A stretch of 64,000 nucleotides of DNA from Phycisphaeraceae bacterium (GTDB lineage: Bacteria; Planctomycetota; Phycisphaerae; Phycisphaerales; Phycisphaeraceae): positions 64,001 through 128,000 of the forward strand of contig OY771506.1 in NCBI GenBank assembly GCA_963674705.1, read 5' to 3'. Under the pieces are notes generated by a model. It had not been told where the DNA came from and ran no database searches. It saw only the letters and a list, made by a program, of their open reading frames with translations. Every line of letters begins with the position of its first letter. Within the stretch, counting starts at the first letter, position 1. Shown piece by piece: positions 59,325 through 64,000 of the stretch. Position numbers and translations under genes: made by a program.

Positions 59325-62075
59325 TTACTTTTCAAACCGGTAGCGCTTCATCAATGTCACACAACCCAAACCCATCAGCACAACGCTCATCGGCTCGGGA
59401 ATATCCCCTTGTATTGTAGGCGGGGTGCCCGCATTCCAGTTAGACAACACAAAATCCAAATCGGCAAGCCCCACGAACCCATCACCCGACGGATCGCCTG
59501 CCGACCAGTCGCCCGCCGTCACATTCTGGTTCCACGCTGTCAGCACGATATCCAGATCGTCCAGGCCGACATAACCGTCGCCGTTCAGATCGCCCAACAG
59601 TTGTATCGATGCCACCGACAGTTCACCGGTTATCAATAACGCCGAAGTATTCCATGCCAAACCCGTTTCCAATACGGGCAGGTCCAGCACATCAAACGCG
59701 CCGCTCGCGTAAGTAAAGTCGAGGATGTCGAACACATCACCCGCCCGCGGGCTCGGCGCGCCGTCCGTTAATGCAACGCTCAACGTCCCGCCGGCCGTGA
59801 AGATGCCAGACACGTCCACGCGGTCCATCGCGCTCGGGTCATACACATCCAGTTCAAGCACCGCGCCGTCGACAAGCACCATGTCCCCCGCCACCGTCAA
59901 CACCGCCGGCTCAAGCACCAGCCCCGCATCAAAACCAGCAAGCGGATTCGTCAGGTCGATCCCGTTCAGATACGTCAGGTCGTCGAACCGCACCGTGTTA
60001 TCAGCCGAGGCAGGTCCGCCATACGCAAGGATCTCGTCCAGCACTTCCGTCGTCCCGTTACGGAACGCCAGCGGCGACGAATTCAGCTTATTAGCCACCG
60101 TCGCGTCGGCTGTGCCGGTGTTCATATAGATGTCGTATGTGTCGGTCGTCTGGTCGATGACCATCCAGATGTTGTACCACGAGTCCAACGACAGCCCGCT
60201 GGACAATATCGAGCTGAACCCCGAGCCGTCGCGTGCATCGATCTGAATCGTGCCCGATGTCGCGCCTTCAACTATCCGCAACTGCGTTTCGTAGTTTGAG
60301 AAGGTCGTGCCGTTCGTATTCGCGACAGTCCCCAAACCAAAACTGACATCCGGATCATCGACCTTCGCGTTGAAGCGGAAGAAGAATGTCGCCGTTTCGC
60401 TGTCTGATATCTCGCCGTCCTCAGGCATAGTTCGAGATGCGCTGCGGTAATTATCCGACCAGCCGTAGGTCAGCACCTGGTTGCCCCAATGATCTTCGAT
60501 ATCCGCAAAGCCCGTGTCTTCATGCGCCGTCCAGGGCGGGCTCGCCACGTCGCGCAGGTTGCCGGTCGCGTAACTCTCAAAATCGTCCACCGTAAACCGT
60601 GCCGGCGCGCTCATGCCCGCATCACCGACTCGGATCACCGCGCCGGACTGCGTCCGCAGGCTGCTGCTAACCGCCCCCTCGCCCTCGAGCATCGCGCCGC
60701 CCGCGACGATCATGCCGTCGACCATGTCCGAGCCGATCGTCCCGCCGCGCAATTCGACATCAAAGTCCATCGTCGCCGCGGTTTCGCCTCGCGTGCCGTG
60801 CAGTTCAAGCGTCCCGCCATCTAATACACGCAACTCGCCCGTGCCGTGCAGCGTCGGGTAATACTCAAATCGCAGCGTGCCTTCCGCGACCTCGAGCAAA
60901 CCGTTATTACTCACATCGACACCGCTTAAGGTGATCTTGTTCGACCCGGTCTTGCGGAGCGTCGCGCCATCCAGCACGCGCACCCAATTCGAGGCGGCGT
61001 TCATCGACCAATCCACACTGCCGGAGATCTCACTCACCTCGCCCAGCGCGCTGATGTACCGCACCGTTCCCGCTTCGCGCGTGACAGTCAGCTTGCCGCC
61101 TTCAAGATAAGCGATGTGTTCACCGAGGTCCTCGTTATTAAAGTCATACGTCTGGCCCCGCTCGATCACACCGACATACTTCTTGCCCACGTTCGTCGGC
61201 GTCAACGGGCTGCCCTCGATCATCTTCGAGTCGCCAAACCAGTTGTAAAACGCATACCCGCCGACATAGCTTCGGCTTTCAAGCGCGGGGACCACGATAT
61301 CCAGAAACGCCGCGTTTGCCGCGCGAACTTCAGCATCCGAATAGTTGCCGCCCCAGTCGTGGATCGCAAACTCAGTGATCCAGACGGGCAACCCATACTG
61401 GTTGTGATACGAATCGACCCGGCTCAAAAATGAATACGCCGCGCCGCTCGGATCGTTCGGTGTGCTTACGCCGTACCAGTGAAACGCCACCGCGTCCACC
61501 TGCAAGCCCTGCGAATTCGCCTGGCTCATGAAACTCGACAACCACGATTGCCCGCCACTGGTGTCCGACACCGCCGGGCTCACCAGCTTGATCCCCGTGC
61601 CGTCGAACCCCGCGTCAAGCGTCTGCCACGCCGAAATCGCCTGCGACACCGTCAGGTTCGCCTGGTCGCTGCGCTCAGGCTCATTGAAACCGAGCACCCA
61701 CTCGATGTCGCCGTAACCGACGATCTTGTCGATCGTCGACTGGTTCGCCGCCCAACTGCCCCAGAGCATCGGCACGAAGTCGGCGTCGTAATTGCCGATA
61801 TTCGGCTTGTCCGATCCCCACGTGTAGTACCAACCGGCGTTCACCGCCTGAAGATTGCCGTAGTACGACCCCGTATCGCCGAATCCGCGCTTCGCGGATT
61901 GAATCTGTGCATCTGCTGCCTGGCCCGCAAACCCGAGCAATCCCGCACACGCAAAAGCCGCCAGCATCTTCGAAGATACGACGCCCCGGTTACGCCCTAT
62001 TCCTTTAGAGCTTGTTATCTGTTGCTTATGTCCGATCCTTGACAATGCATTGTTATCTACCATTCGACTCATCAT
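59325..62075 (-). CDS. Modular PEP-CTERM surface protein with a GH128-like (beta-1,3-glucanase) head
   Basis: KRG, WYYTWG, FVPMLWG, LGFNEPE, FHWY, PVWITEF, YAFY; shared carrier; start uncertain. Confidence 0.8.
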   Translation of the reverse strand: MMSRMVDNNALSRIGHKQQITSSKGIGRNRGVVSSKMLAAFACAGLLGFAGQAADAQIQSAKRGFGDTGSYYGNLQAVNAGWYYTWGSDKPNIGNYDADFVPMLWGSWAANQSTIDKIVGYGDIEWVLGFNEPERSDQANLTVSQAISAWQTLDAGFDGTGIKLVSPAVSDTSGGQSWLSSFMSQANSQGLQVDAVAFHWYGVSTPNDPSGAAYSFLSRVDSYHNQYGLPVWITEFAIHDWGGNYSDAEVRAANAAFLDIVVPALESRSYVGGYAFYNWFGDSKMIEGSPLTPTNVGKKYVGVIERGQTYDFNNEDLGEHIAYLEGGKLTVTREAGTVRYISALGEVSEISGSVDWSMNAASNWVRVLDGATLRKTGSNKITLSGVDVSNNGLLEVAEGTLRFEYYPTLHGTGELRVLDGGTLELHGTRGETAATMDFDVELRGGTIGSDMVDGMIVAGGAMLEGEGAVSSSLRTQSGAVIRVGDAGMSAPARFTVDDFESYATGNLRDVASPPWTAHEDTGFADIEDHWGNQVLTYGWSDNYRSASRTMPEDGEISDSETATFFFRFNAKVDDPDVSFGLGTVANTNGTTFSNYETQLRIVEGATSGTIQIDARDGSGFSSILSSGLSLDSWYNIWMVIDQTTDTYDIYMNTGTADATVANKLNSSPLAFRNGTTEVLDEILAYGGPASADNTVRFDDLTYLNGIDLTNPLAGFDAGLVLEPAVLTVAGDMVLVDGAVLELDVYDPSAMDRVDVSGIFTAGGTLSVALTDGAPSPRAGDVFDILDFTYASGAFDVLDLPVLETGLAWNTSALLITGELSVASIQLLGDLNGDGYVGLDDLDIVLTAWNQNVTAGDWSAGDPSGDGFVGLADLDFVLSNWNAGTPPTIQGDIPEPMSVVLMGLGCVTLMKRYRFEK

Positions 62076-62115
62076 GTACACATCCCCAAGTGTTGACGGG
62101 ACAATCCGTCTATTT

Positions 62116-64000
62116 TCACCGCGTATCACAGCGTTTCATCAACGCGACGCCTCCAATTGCAAACAAAACCAGGCTCATAGGCTCAGGAATACTCACGTTC
62201 CCCCCCGCCGGTGTGCCCGCGTTCCAGTTGTTCAACACAACATCCAGATCGTCCAGCCCGACAAAACCGTCGCCCGACGGATCGCCTTCAGTCCAGTCGC
62301 CGGCCACCACGTTCGTATTCCAATTACCCAGCACGATGTCAAGATCATCCAGCCCGACAAAACCGTCGCCGTTCAGATCACCATCGAGCAATGAAGAGAC
62401 GATCTGCAATACACCCGTCGTCAGCAATGCCGATATGTCCCAATCCATGCCGCTACCTAAAACAGGCAGCAGGTAGTCATCGAATGCGCCGCTGACGGAT
62501 GCAAAGTCGAACAGGTCGAAGCTGTCGCCGAGCCCCAAAGCCGGCGCGGAACCATCGAGCAATACTTCGAGCGTGCCCGCCGCGTTGAAGTTGCCGGTGA
62601 TATCCAGCAAATCATTGATCCCGGACGTAGCGATATCGAAGGTCACGATCACATCACTGTTCAAGACCACATCCCCGTCCACCGTCAGCACCTCGGGCAG
62701 ATACGCCGTACCCGAACCGCTAGCAAGCGGGTTGTCCGTATCGACGCCGTCGAGCTTGTAAAGGTTGTCGATCCGCACGCGCCCGTCGTCGCGGCCGGTG
62801 ATGCCGAACGCTCCGAGATTAACCGGATCGGTGATTCGCCCGAACTCCACACCGCTTAACGCAAGCGCCCCGTCATCAGTGCCTGTCGAAGTATAAACAT
62901 CGAACACCTTGTTCGCGTTGTCCACAACCAGCCAGACGTTCTGCCACTGCCCATCGGTAAGCGCCGTGACGATGCCGCCGCTGCGGTTGTCGCCGTAGAC
63001 ACCGAAGCTGGCAGCGCCGGGCGAGCCGCTGACATAAGGCATGACCGCGTAGTCGGCATAGGCATCGTTAACATCAAGCGCCGATAAGTCAGAGGTCAGA
63101 CCCATCATGGTGTCGGCGTAGGCGTTGCCTTCGTTCATGACCTGGAAGAAGTACGTCGCCGTCTCGCCGTTGGCCAGGCTGTAGTCGTTAGCGAAGTTGT
63201 TCGCCATGTCGGTCACACCGCCGCGCCAGCCGGCCGTACCCTGCGCCGGCTCGCCGAAGACGCCGAGTGAATTATCACCCGCGGTGGCGTTGTCAAGGAT
63301 TTGTGCGTTGCCGGTCCCGTCGAACACGCCGTCCCACACGCCGCCGGTTACATCGCCGTTGCTGTGTGCGCCGATGTATTGCGTCCGGTCGTTGTTGTAC
63401 GAATCGAAGTTGTCGATCAGCGAAGGTTCGTCGATCGGCAAGCCCGCCGCGCCGATCCGCAATTGCGAACCGGCCAAGGCGACGAGATCGTTCTTGACTT
63501 CACCGCCGCCGGCAAGTGTCGCGCCGCCGGCGACCGTGGTCAGCCCCATGCCGGTCGTGCCGTCGACCACGAGCGTGCCCGCGAGCACATCGGTCGGGCC
63601 GGTGTAGGTGTTGGCGCCTCTAAGCGTCAGCGTGCCGATGCCGTTCTTGGTCAGTCCGCCGTTGCCGCCGCCATCAAGTAACGCCTGCGCGATCGTGATA
63701 TCAAACCCGTTGGAATCCACCACCGCCCCGCCCGACTTGATCGTCGTCTGCGTCAAGCCCTGCATGAACTTTGCCGCGGAGGTCGTGGCGGTGAGTGTGC
63801 CGCCATCAAAGTGGAAGGTGCTGTTACCCATGCCGCCCTGCACCGCGCCGGTATGAAGCTCGCCGCCCGAGAGGTTGTACGTGCCTGCGCTGGCGGTATG
63901 CGATGAACCGATCGCGACGTAGCTGCTTGCGGTGACGACGCCGCCGCTCTGGACGACCGTGCCCGTGCCGCCGGCCGAAAGAGGCTGCGTGCCGTTATTG
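62116..64000 (-). CDS. Modular PEP-CTERM surface protein, 5'-truncated by the window edge
   Basis: Frame open to 64000; GGLTKNGIGTLTL..ANTYTGPT, shared module, dockerin-like pair, IPEP. Confidence 0.82.
   Translation of the reverse strand, partial: NNGTQPLSAGGTGTVVQSGGVVTASSYVAIGSSHTASAGTYNLSGGELHTGAVQGGMGNSTFHFDGGTLTATTSAAKFMQGLTQTTIKSGGAVVDSNGFDITIAQALLDGGGNGGLTKNGIGTLTLRGANTYTGPTDVLAGTLVVDGTTGMGLTTVAGGATLAGGGEVKNDLVALAGSQLRIGAAGLPIDEPSLIDNFDSYNNDRTQYIGAHSNGDVTGGVWDGVFDGTGNAQILDNATAGDNSLGVFGEPAQGTAGWRGGVTDMANNFANDYSLANGETATYFFQVMNEGNAYADTMMGLTSDLSALDVNDAYADYAVMPYVSGSPGAASFGVYGDNRSGGIVTALTDGQWQNVWLVVDNANKVFDVYTSTGTDDGALALSGVEFGRITDPVNLGAFGITGRDDGRVRIDNLYKLDGVDTDNPLASGSGTAYLPEVLTVDGDVVLNSDVIVTFDIATSGINDLLDITGNFNAAGTLEVLLDGSAPALGLGDSFDLFDFASVSGAFDDYLLPVLGSGMDWDISALLTTGVLQIVSSLLDGDLNGDGFVGLDDLDIVLGNWNTNVVAGDWTEGDPSGDGFVGLDDLDVVLNNWNAGTPAGGNVSIPEPMSLVLFAIGGVALMKRCDTR

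Noticed and set aside
49000..62400. Repeated dockerin-coding sequences as a CRISPR array or DGR template/variable repeat
   Set aside because: The repeats are in-frame protein domains; no spacers, no cas or reverse transcriptase gene, and differences are not adenine-specific

Overview
GC-rich bacterial window, most likely from a Planctomycete of the Phycisphaerae type. This is inferred from the many PEP-CTERM proteins with GDLNGDGFVG dockerin-like tails and a prepilin/H-X9-DG protein. From left to right it holds: two exopolysaccharide genes; gltA; a truncated F-ATPase operon (atpZ/I-B-E-F-H-A, no atpGDC) with a palindromic CACAGAG element; two PEP-CTERM metallopeptidases flanking an 8-CxxCH cytochrome/TPR gene; and a roughly 27 kb sugar-utilisation locus. 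The enzyme set of that locus (GH30, GH35, GH43 x2, GH51, BNR-4/PL42-like, RhaM, three ABC systems, one permease) fits type II arabinogalactan. After it come a stand-alone PEP-CTERM module gene, a promoter followed by about 390 nt of highly base-paired non-coding leader ahead of a prepilin-type gene, two tandem paralogous membrane proteins, and a tandem array of at least five large PEP-CTERM surface proteins. The array proteins share a carrier (beta-strand repeats, an inserted roughly 220-aa module, a dockerin-like pair, PEP-CTERM) but have different N-terminal catalytic heads. The best candidates for an undescribed system are this modular array with its shared and stand-alone module, and the structured leader RNA. 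No rRNA, tRNA, CRISPR array or transposase was seen. All family calls are by eye from motifs; no database search was run.
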